Below, one piece after another: positions 45,501-53,299 of a DNA stretch of 64,000 bases; the stretch's first letter is position 1, and the number at the start of each line of letters is the position of its first letter. This DNA comes from Verrucomicrobiia bacterium. GTDB taxonomy: Bacteria; Verrucomicrobiota; Verrucomicrobiia; Limisphaerales; UBA11358. The notes beneath the pieces were generated by a model. It was not told the origin of the DNA. It searched no databases and saw nothing but the letters and a program-made list of their open reading frames with translations. Position numbers and translations under genes: made by a program. The stretch lies in assembly GCA_035945675.1 (NCBI GenBank), contig DASZAB010000050.1, positions 5,312 to 69,311 on the forward strand. The letters run 5' to 3'.

Positions 45501-47969
45501 GTGCCGCAACGTTCCAGAACCTTGCCCCGGATGAACCTCCAATTTACCAAATTTGCCTCGCGCATCAGTCTGATTTACACGGCAGTGGGGGGCATCTGGA
45601 TATTGCTTTCCGGTCAGGTATTGTCCGCCCTGGTTTCCGATCCGGAAGTCCGTGACCAATGGGAAATCTTCAAGGGCTGGGCGTTCGTGGCGGTTACCGC
45701 GTTGCTGCTCTACACCTTGTTGCGCGGCCAATTGGGACGATGGGAGCATGAAGTGGCGGCGCGCAAACGCGCTGAAGAAGACTTGAAGGAAAGCAACCAG
45801 CGTTTGCAGCAGATCGCTTTGTCTCTGCATGAGGCCGTTTACCTGCGGGATGTAAAAACGCGGCAGATTTTATATGTCAATCCGGCTTTCGAAGAAACCT
45901 GCGGCATCAGTTGCGAAAGCTTCCTGAAGGATTCGGAGGTGTTTACGGAAATCGTCCATCCTGATGACAAACAACGCGTGTTGGAGAGCCGCCAGGAAGC
46001 CTTTTCCGCCGGTGAAACCCATGAGGTCGAGCACCGCATTATCCATCCGCACAAAAATATCCGATGGGTGCGTGGACAAATGTTTCCGGTCAAAAATGAA
46101 AAAGGCGAAATCTACCGTCTGGCCCGCACGCTGGAAGACATTACCGACCGAAAGCGGGCTGAAGAGGAGTTACGCAGGCTCAATCGCTCGCTCCAAACCC
46201 TCAGCAAATGCAACGAGGCACTGGTGCGGGCCACCGACGAAATGGAGTTGCTGACGAAAATTTGCCAAATCATAACGGAGATTGGCGGATTTCCTCTGGT
46301 CTGGGTGGGCTATTCGGAGCAGGACGAATCCAAATCCGTACGCCCCATCGCGTGGGCCGGGGCAAAAGCCCGTTATCTGGAAAATCTGCAAATCTCCTGG
46401 GCGGACACGGAACGCGGCTGCGGCCCGACCGGCGTGTCCATTCGTACCGGTCAACCAGCCACTTTCTCGAATCTGGCCGAGAACCCGAAGTTTGCGCCGT
46501 GGCGGGAGGAGGCTTTGCGTCATGGTTTCAGCTCCAGTATCGGCCTGCCGCTCAAGGCGGATGAAAAAATATTCGGGGCTCTGACGGTTTACTCCTCACA
46601 GGCGGATGCCTTCCACGCCAAGGAAACGGCACTGTTGGTGGAGCTCGCCGATGACCTGGCCTTCGGCATTGCCACTCTGCGAAACCGGGTTCAACGCAAG
46701 CACCTGGAGGAACAACTCCGACAGTCGCAAAAAATGGAAGCCGTGGGCCAGCTGGCAGGCGGCGTGGCGCATGATTTCAACAACATTCTCACCGTCATCC
46801 AGGGCAATGCTTCGCTGCTGTTGAATCCGCAGCTTGACCCCGCGGAGAGGTCCGGTTGTTCGCGCCAGATTGTTCAAGCCGCCGAACGGGCCGCCGGCCT
46901 GACCCGGCAGTTGCTCATTTTCAGCCGCAAGCAGGTCATGCGACCGGCCCACGTGGACTTGAACGAGGTGGTGGCCAACCTGACCAAAATGCTGCGGCGA
47001 ATTTTGGGTGAGGACATCGTGCTGCAAACCAACTATGCGCCCGAGCTGGCCCTCATTCACGCCGACGCCGGGATGATCGAACAGGTGCTTATGAATCTCC
47101 TGGTCAACGCGCGCGACGCGATGCCCGCCGGCGGGCAGTTGAGCATCAGCACCGCCAAGGAGAAATTCACCAAGGCGCAAGTGGAAAAAAATCCCGACGC
47201 GGTCGCCGGGACGCACGTGCGTCTCACCGTCAGAGATACCGGCTGCGGCATTCCCCGGGAAAATCTACCGCACATCTTTGAGCCGTTTTTCACCACCAAG
47301 GCCGTGGGCAAGGGCACGGGGCTGGGACTGGCCACCGTTTACAGCATTGTCCAGCAACATCACGGCTGGATCACGGCGTCGAGCGAAGTCAACCAGGGCA
47401 GCACCTTTAACATCTATTTCCCAGCCGTGGAAGGCAAGCGGGAGGAAACGGAGGCCGCCCTGGCCGCCGCCAAAATGCCCCACGGCACGGGCACCATTCT
47501 GGTGGTAGAAGATGAACTGGCGGTGCGGGTGCTGGTTTCCAATCTGCTCCAGCGCTGCGGTTACACCGTCCTGGCGGCGGAATCCGGTGTGGCCGCCATG
47601 AAAGTCTGGCAGGAACATCAGGACCGGATCCAACTTTTGCTGACTGATATCATCATGCCCGACGGCATGAACGGCTATGAACTGTCCCGACAATTGCAGG
47701 CCGCCCGACCCGGGCTCAAGGTCGTTTATACCAGCGGTTACAGCGGCGAGGTGGTTGGTAAAAGCCTCAATTTGGCTGACGGCGTGAATTTTCTCCAAAA
47801 ACCGTATCCGCCTCAAAAGCTCCTGCAAATCTTGCAGGACCATCTCGGTCATAACCAGGAAGGGCATTATCCGCCGGAAACACCTTCCCTTTTCGGGGGT
47901 GGCCAGAAGAAGAGCGCGAGCGCAGCCGCCGAAATCAAGGCCAACGTCAACGGCACCAGGAACAGGTGA
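45501..47969 (+). CDS. membrane hybrid sensor histidine kinase (2 TM - PAS - GAF - HisKA - HATPase - REC)
   Basis: 822 aa. The kinase core is nearly colinear with 38777-41623 ([31 protein letters not shown]). The receiver is ILVVEDE...[13 protein letters not shown]. The start could be the internal Met at 45531. Confidence 0.85.
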   Translation: MPQRSRTLPRMNLQFTKFASRISLIYTAVGGIWILLSGQVLSALVSDPEVRDQWEIFKGWAFVAVTALLLYTLLRGQLGRWEHEVAARKRAEEDLKESNQRLQQIALSLHEAVYLRDVKTRQILYVNPAFEETCGISCESFLKDSEVFTEIVHPDDKQRVLESRQEAFSAGETHEVEHRIIHPHKNIRWVRGQMFPVKNEKGEIYRLARTLEDITDRKRAEEELRRLNRSLQTLSKCNEALVRATDEMELLTKICQIITEIGGFPLVWVGYSEQDESKSVRPIAWAGAKARYLENLQISWADTERGCGPTGVSIRTGQPATFSNLAENPKFAPWREEALRHGFSSSIGLPLKADEKIFGALTVYSSQADAFHAKETALLVELADDLAFGIATLRNRVQRKHLEEQLRQSQKMEAVGQLAGGVAHDFNNILTVIQGNASLLLNPQLDPAERSGCSRQIVQAAERAAGLTRQLLIFSRKQVMRPAHVDLNEVVANLTKMLRRILGEDIVLQTNYAPELALIHADAGMIEQVLMNLLVNARDAMPAGGQLSISTAKEKFTKAQVEKNPDAVAGTHVRLTVRDTGCGIPRENLPHIFEPFFTTKAVGKGTGLGLATVYSIVQQHHGWITASSEVNQGSTFNIYFPAVEGKREETEAALAAAKMPHGTGTILVVEDELAVRVLVSNLLQRCGYTVLAAESGVAAMKVWQEHQDRIQLLLTDIIMPDGMNGYELSRQLQAARPGLKVVYTSGYSGEVVGKSLNLADGVNFLQKPYPPQKLLQILQDHLGHNQEGHYPPETPSLFGGGQKKSASAAAEIKANVNGTRNR

Positions 47970-49177
47970 TGGAAATCGGTCGCACCGTTCCGCCAGAATG
48001 TCTCCTGCGCCAGCCGCGGGCAGATGCTGTTCGCCACCAGCACACCGATGCCCAGAATCATCACGTTGAATAGTCCCTGCGCGCTGGCCCGGGCGTCCTT
48101 GGGGAAATATTCCTCCGCAAAAATGTAAACGGCCGCGAAGAAGAAGGCGTAACAGATGCCGTGGAGAATTTGCACCAGAATGATCAGCGTCTGGTTCTGC
48201 GGGAAAAACGCCCAGACGGCGAAACGCACCGGATACGCCAGAATGCCTAGAATCATGGTCGCGCGGTAACCGAGGCGCTTCAAGGTCGCGCCGAGGATGA
48301 ACATCGTGAGCAGTTCGGCGATTTGGCCGACGCTCATCACCGGCATGATCCAGTTGCCGGGGATGCCGACCCCGCCCGCGTCCCGGCCGGCGCCGAGAAA
48401 CGAACCCGCCCAGTTGAAATAGCAATTGTGCACCACCGCATCGAGAAAGGTGACCCCCCACAGCACCAGCACAAACGGATGGCGCAGCAGTTTCATCGCC
48501 TCGGCCCAGGCCAGTTTCTCCGCGCCCCCTTCACCCGCTTTCCTCGGCGGCGTGTGCGGCAACGTCAGGCTGAACGCCGCCAACAGCAGTGACGCCACGC
48601 CGGCGACCACATAAGTCCACCGGGTCGCGTTCTGCAAAGCGGGGCCGGTCAATCCATTGGCCAGCGCCGTCCCGACCCAGCCGGCGATGCCGTGCGGATG
48701 GGCCGCGTGCACTTTGTCCCAGTCCACCAGAATAAACGTGAACGGCCAGGCGGCCAGAATCCAGCCAAGCGTGCCGCCCATGCGGACGAAACCGAATTCC
48801 TTGGCGTCCTTCAAGTGCGCGAACGCAATCTGGTTTGCAATCGAAAGGGTCGGCACGTAAAGCAGGCAATAGACCAGCATCAAGCCAAAGAATGGCCAGA
48901 ATGTCTTCGTCGCCGCCAGGCCGAGCAGTGCGATTCCGCCCACGAGATGGCTGAACGCCATGAATTTTTCCGCCGCAAAATTCCGGTCGGCGAACTGATT
49001 GCTGAAGAACAGGCCGATGATGGCGGCGACGGGAAAAGCGTTCAGGATCAGGGATTGCTGCAACGGGGTAAAATTCAAGCCGGGCAGATAGCTGAAAATG
49101 AGCGGCAGCCAGGCGCCCCAGATGAAAAATTCCAGAACCATCATGCCGAACAGCCGGATGCGGAGAGTCTGGTTCAT
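47867..49177 (-). CDS. MFS transporter, nucleoside:H+ symporter (NupG/XapB-like) family
   Basis: ORF 47867-49219 with likely start at 49177 (MNQTLRIRLFGMMVLEFFIWGAWLPL). There are 12 predicted hydrophobic segments. Confidence 0.75.
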   Translation of the reverse strand: MNQTLRIRLFGMMVLEFFIWGAWLPLIFSYLPGLNFTPLQQSLILNAFPVAAIIGLFFSNQFADRNFAAEKFMAFSHLVGGIALLGLAATKTFWPFFGLMLVYCLLYVPTLSIANQIAFAHLKDAKEFGFVRMGGTLGWILAAWPFTFILVDWDKVHAAHPHGIAGWVGTALANGLTGPALQNATRWTYVVAGVASLLLAAFSLTLPHTPPRKAGEGGAEKLAWAEAMKLLRHPFVLVLWGVTFLDAVVHNCYFNWAGSFLGAGRDAGGVGIPGNWIMPVMSVGQIAELLTMFILGATLKRLGYRATMILGILAYPVRFAVWAFFPQNQTLIILVQILHGICYAFFFAAVYIFAEEYFPKDARASAQGLFNVMILGIGVLVANSICPRLAQETFWRNGATDFHHLFLVPLTLALISAAALALFFWPPPKREGVSGG

Positions 49178-49524
49178 GAACGGGCACGAGTTTGCAAGCG
49201 GTTTCCCGGGGTGCAACAAAAAATTTACACGAATTTTTCTTGAGAAAATTCCGGATCAAAGCGATATTGGATCCGTCAGAAAGATGAATTGCTCTTTGAT
49301 TGAAACTTGAATTTACCCTGCCCTGTTCGTGATTAGGCAACTAATCCTTGAACCGTAATGATACGATCCCGGGACCCAAGCCGGGGCTGCGGCCGACACG
49401 CCTTCGCTGGAAGTCGAAAGCAGTCCAGCCCGTCCCACATGTTGCAAAACATGTTCAAAGGAACAGTTACACACGGCAAGGGCGGGGTTTTTATTTTATC
49501 GTCCAACCGCTTCACCTTCTGATT

Positions 49525-50124
49525 CTATGGCGCCCACCGATCGAGCCGGCAAACCGGGTCCGGCAGCACCTCGGCCGGCGTGTTCCAACTGACGAAGTGG
49601 CGGGCGTCAACGTCAGCCATATCCTGAAATTCCGCCAGACCGAACCGCACGCAGTGTTCGGCAAAGGCGGTTGCCGCTCGCACCTCAGCCGTCAATTGCG
49701 CCGTCGCCAGGCTCCCTGCCCCTCTCGGATAAATCGCCGCCAGGGGTTGCATCCGGCCGCCAATCCTGGGAATCACGCCGGTGACGCCCCGGCTGCGTTC
49801 AATCAGTCGCTGTAAAATGTCCGGCGTCAGGTTGGGCATGTCCACCGCCACGACCAGGAGCCAGGGCCACGCCGCCGCTGCCAACGCCCGTTCAATACCG
49901 GCCAGGGGACCGGCTTCCGCAAACCGGTCGGTCAACACCGGACAGCCGAATTCGGCGTCATCCCGGTCCGCCCGGCCCGAAACAAAAATCTCCCCCACCC
50001 CGATCATCCGCACGAGCTGAATCTGGCGCGCCAGCAACGACTGACCGCCGATTTCCAGCCGCGCCTTGTCCCGGCCCATGCGCGAGGATTTTCCCCCAGC
50101 CAGGATGACCGCGCTCATATTCAT
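49525..50124 (-). CDS. mobA: molybdenum cofactor guanylyltransferase
   Basis: The likely start at 50124 (MNMSAVILAGGKSSRMGRDKA) overlaps the MOSC stop as ATGA. The upstream part of ORF 49525-50241 overlaps the MOSC gene. Confidence 0.8.
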   Translation of the reverse strand: MNMSAVILAGGKSSRMGRDKARLEIGGQSLLARQIQLVRMIGVGEIFVSGRADRDDAEFGCPVLTDRFAEAGPLAGIERALAAAAWPWLLVVAVDMPNLTPDILQRLIERSRGVTGVIPRIGGRMQPLAAIYPRGAGSLATAQLTAEVRAATAFAEHCVRFGLAEFQDMADVDARHFVSWNTPAEVLPDPVCRLDRWAP

Positions 50125-50591
50125 ACGCCGGCACACAATCGGCCGCTGGTGAGAATCTTTGCGCGCAAACCGCCACGGCCGTGGAGGGCAGCTTCGGCTC
50201 CCGGCGCAATGGCCTGGTTCATCCAGTGGCAAGGGCTGCACTCACTCACGCCTTCAAAGGCAACACCCTGCACTTCGAATTTCTTCCCGATCAGCCTGTT
50301 TAAATCCACACCGCAGGTGATGACATTGCGGCGCGTCACACCGGGCGATTTGTCACTCACCCCCAGGCGGCGGCAAAGGTCATCAAAAACCTCTTTCGCA
50401 AAGAAAGTAATCTGGCCCTGGTAATCGTTCTTGAAATTGAAAAAACGGTCGCCGGCCAGCCCCCGGCTGGCCACACATTCAACTTCGCGCACTTCGACCG
50501 CCGGCTGTTCCCCGGCCGGCCGGCCATGGTGGCCGAAAAAATTATGTCCCGGCGAAATGAACAGGCCGACGACTTGAATTTGTCCATTCAT
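50121..50591 (-). CDS. MOSC-domain protein
   Basis: 156 aa: GLAGDRF and ECSPCHWM are typical of the MOSC beta-barrel with conserved Cys. The start overlaps the nirA stop as ATGA (50588-50591). Confidence 0.75.
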   Translation of the reverse strand: MNGQIQVVGLFISPGHNFFGHHGRPAGEQPAVEVREVECVASRGLAGDRFFNFKNDYQGQITFFAKEVFDDLCRRLGVSDKSPGVTRRNVITCGVDLNRLIGKKFEVQGVAFEGVSECSPCHWMNQAIAPGAEAALHGRGGLRAKILTSGRLCAGV

Positions 50592-52378
50592 GTTTCCGCA
50601 CCAAACATCTCCTGTAAACGCCCGACGTCAAGCCGGCTCGTAAATTGTTGAAAGGTTTCCCTGCCCTGCCGGCGCCGGAGATAGGCGCGCAACATGCGTT
50701 CCACCGTGCGCGGCAATTCGGTCGCGGTGATGCCGGCAAAGACCTGGCGTCCGACGGCCTGGTTTCTGCCGAACCCGCCGCCGACGAACACATGATACCC
50801 GTCCACGCTCTCACCGCCGACTCTGGCTTTCACACCGAGACAGCCGATATCGCCCATGTAGTGTTGCGCGCAGGAATTCGGGCAGCCGGTCAGATGAATA
50901 TTCACCGGTTGGTCAAGCTCGAGCCGCTTCTCCAGATATATCGTCAGTTCCAACGCGTGGGCTTTGGTGTTCGATTGCGCATACTTGCAGTAACGATTGC
51001 CGGTGCAGGCAATGATGCCGCCGGCCGCGTTTGATTGTTTGGTGGCAAAACCAATTTTTTCAAGTGCCCGCTTGAGCGTGGGAACAAAGGCGTCCGGCAC
51101 ATTCGGGATGATGAAATTTTGCCAGACGGTGAGGCGGATCTCGCCGCTGCCGTAGCTGTCGGCCAGGTCGGCGACGCGCAGCATTTGCTTCGGCGTAATC
51201 TGGCCGGCGGGCAACGCGACGCCCACGTAATTCAATTCGCGTTGTTTCTGCGGAAAATCGCCAATGTGCGAATGCGGCAGTTCCTGGCTGGCCCAGCGCA
51301 TTCGGGCCGGATCGTAAGGTGCGCGACGGAGCGGTTTCCCCAGTTTCTTTTCCACTTCGGCGAGATATTCATCAAGTGACATCTTCTCCAGCAGATGCTT
51401 GAGCCGCGCCTTCTTGCGGTCGGTCCGGCAGCCGCGCTCGAGATAGACGCGCAGGATGGCAACGATGACCTTGTTGATTTCACCCGGAGGAACCACCACG
51501 CCCAGATCACGCGCAAACGTCTTGTGGCCCGTCGCACCGCCAAGGGCGATGCGGAAAACCACGCCACCCGGCAACGCATCGGGAGCGCCGGTCTCCGACC
51601 CGGCGCGTTCCGCAGGCGATTCGCGACGTGCCGGGTCGGAGACCGGCGCTCCCATCAATACAGCCTTCACGCCAATGTCGTTCGTGTCCTCGACCGAACC
51701 AATCAGCCCGCCGCCATCAAAGGCGATATTGAATTTGCGCGGCAGATCGTAGAACGAACGGTCATTGATGATGATTTGCGCCAGCTCATGGACGAAGGGC
51801 AGCACGTTAATGAGTTCAACCGGATCAATCCCCGCCGTGGGATTCGCGGTGAGATTGCGGATGTTGTCCGCCCCGGCGCCGCGTGCATGCAGGCCGACGC
51901 TTTGAATGCGGCGCAGGACTTCCGGCGCGTCCTTCGGCTGGATCAGGCGCATCTGAAAATTGGCCCGCGTGGTGATTTGCACATAACCGGTGGTAAGTGC
52001 CTGCGCAACGCGGGCCAGTTCGCGCAGTTGATGCGTGGTCACCACCCCGCCAGGAATCCGCAACCGCGCCATGAAGGCATCTTTGACCGGCGTGAGAAAA
52101 AACAAACCGTTCCATTTAAACCGAAAAATGTCTTCTTTGTCCGGCGCTTGGTTGTTGGCGGCATTCTCAACAATCTGCGAATACGCGTCCAGCGGATGCA
52201 ACTCACGCTTTACCCGTTCTTCCCAAATAAGATCCTCGTTTGTCGCGGCCGGGGCCGGTTCGACATCGCTGAATCGCTGTCCCCGGGCGGCGATGCCCGC
52301 AAACAAACCCGTGATATATTCCTTTTGCTCCGGCGTGAAACCGGTGCCGGCGGGCAGTTCGGGCAAAGCTGTGTTCAT
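50588..52378 (-). CDS. nirA: siroheme/4Fe-4S nitrite (sulfite)-reductase, NirA-like
   Basis: 596 aa with duplicated NiR/SiR ferredoxin-like halves. Cluster/siroheme Cys residues are CTGNRYCKYA and LTGCPNSCAQH. The nitrate-assimilation context favours nitrite reductase. Confidence 0.85.
   Translation of the reverse strand: MNTALPELPAGTGFTPEQKEYITGLFAGIAARGQRFSDVEPAPAATNEDLIWEERVKRELHPLDAYSQIVENAANNQAPDKEDIFRFKWNGLFFLTPVKDAFMARLRIPGGVVTTHQLRELARVAQALTTGYVQITTRANFQMRLIQPKDAPEVLRRIQSVGLHARGAGADNIRNLTANPTAGIDPVELINVLPFVHELAQIIINDRSFYDLPRKFNIAFDGGGLIGSVEDTNDIGVKAVLMGAPVSDPARRESPAERAGSETGAPDALPGGVVFRIALGGATGHKTFARDLGVVVPPGEINKVIVAILRVYLERGCRTDRKKARLKHLLEKMSLDEYLAEVEKKLGKPLRRAPYDPARMRWASQELPHSHIGDFPQKQRELNYVGVALPAGQITPKQMLRVADLADSYGSGEIRLTVWQNFIIPNVPDAFVPTLKRALEKIGFATKQSNAAGGIIACTGNRYCKYAQSNTKAHALELTIYLEKRLELDQPVNIHLTGCPNSCAQHYMGDIGCLGVKARVGGESVDGYHVFVGGGFGRNQAVGRQVFAGITATELPRTVERMLRAYLRRRQGRETFQQFTSRLDVGRLQEMFGAET
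51581..51653. repeat. perfect 24-bp inverted repeat element inside the nirA reading frame
   Basis: GGGAGCGCCGGTCTCCGACCCGGC (51581-51604) and its exact reverse complement GCCGGGTCGGAGACCGGCGCTCCC (51630-51653), separated by a 25-nt spacer. Confidence 0.9.
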
Positions 52379-52394
52379 ACCAATTGAAGCAATT

Positions 52395-53245
52395 AATCGG
52401 AGCTCCGAAGGAGCTTGGGCTGGTGGCCACGGGTGGAGTGCAACGGAACCCGTGGAAATAGAAGAGAATACAAATCTTCCGTCCCGAAGGGGCGACAGAC
52501 TAAACTCATCTCATGCCCGGAACCTACCATAATCTCAAATTCCACCTCATTTTCAGCACGAAACATCGTGAACCGTGGCTGAAGAACGATATCCGTCCAC
52601 GAATTCACGATTATCTGGGAGGAATCATCCGCGGAGAAAAAGGGGTGTTGCTTGAAATTGGCGGCGTCGCCGACCACGTTCATATCCTGTTTGGGTGGCG
52701 GACCGATGAGAGCATCGCCACCCTGGTCCGGAATCTGAAGGCAAATTCGTCGCGCTGGATCCATGAAACGTTTCCGGCGCTGCGTGATTTTGCGTGGCAG
52801 GAGGGTTATGGCATTTTTTCCGTCAGTCAATCGCAGGTTCCGGTGGTACAAAATTACATCCAACGGCAGGAGCAACATCATCAGATAAAAACGTTCCGCG
52901 AAGAATTGTTGGCCTTTCTCCGGACGCACAACATCGAATTTGAAGAGAAATACGTTTTTGACTAGTGAGCAATCAAGCTCCGCAAGAGCGTCAGCCGGGA
53001 GCCATGGGTGAAACGCTGCGCTACCCGTGGGTTCGAACGCCAAACAATTATTCCGCCCCATTGTGGCGGAGGATTCCTGCACCCCGTTGGGGCGCAAATG
53101 ATTCTCCCTCCCTGCTCTCCACGGGTTTTCACCCGTGGCCACCGGCCGCCGCTCCTTTCGAGCCGAACAATCCGCACGCATCCTGAACGGATGCAGGCCG
53201 GTGGCCACAGGTGGAGCGGAACGCAACCCGTGGAACCCGTGGACG
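52395..53245. mobile_element. RAYT-like unit: Y1 transposase gene flanked by arrays of CCAYGGGT-N-ACCCGTGG hairpins
   Basis: Hairpins at 52427-52455, 53002-53030, 53119-53138 and 53205-53232. Segments of about 38 nt at 52421-52458 and 53199-53236 are direct near-copies (GGTGGCCACgGGTGGAG...AACCCGTGGAA). No tnpB is present. Confidence 0.7.
52513..52965 (+). CDS. IS200/IS605-family Y1 (HUH) transposase, REP-associated (RAYT-like)
   Basis: 150 aa: YHNLKFHLIFSTKHR, HUH motif DHVHIL and catalytic-Tyr region WQEGYG. Confidence 0.85.
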   Translation: MPGTYHNLKFHLIFSTKHREPWLKNDIRPRIHDYLGGIIRGEKGVLLEIGGVADHVHILFGWRTDESIATLVRNLKANSSRWIHETFPALRDFAWQEGYGIFSVSQSQVPVVQNYIQRQEQHHQIKTFREELLAFLRTHNIEFEEKYVFD

Positions 53246-53299
53246 AAGAAACTTCCCCATTCATTTTTACGCCTTAACGGGAGGTGGGATTTTTTTTGT

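Noticed and set aside
49178-49524. AT-richer 347-nt leader upstream of the nucleoside-type MFS transporter as a possible riboswitch or sRNA. The motif CAAGGGCGGGGTTTTTATTTT resembles a plus-strand terminator tail.
   Set aside because: I could not fold a convincing stem preceding the T-run. I also recognise no known aptamer core (purine, 2'-dG, preQ1, ZTP). A covariance-model scan would be needed.
53021-53045. tRNA-like T-loop sequence GGGTTCGAACGCC.
   Set aside because: The flanking bases do not form a T-stem, and no acceptor, D or anticodon arms can be drawn. It lies within the REP hairpin array.
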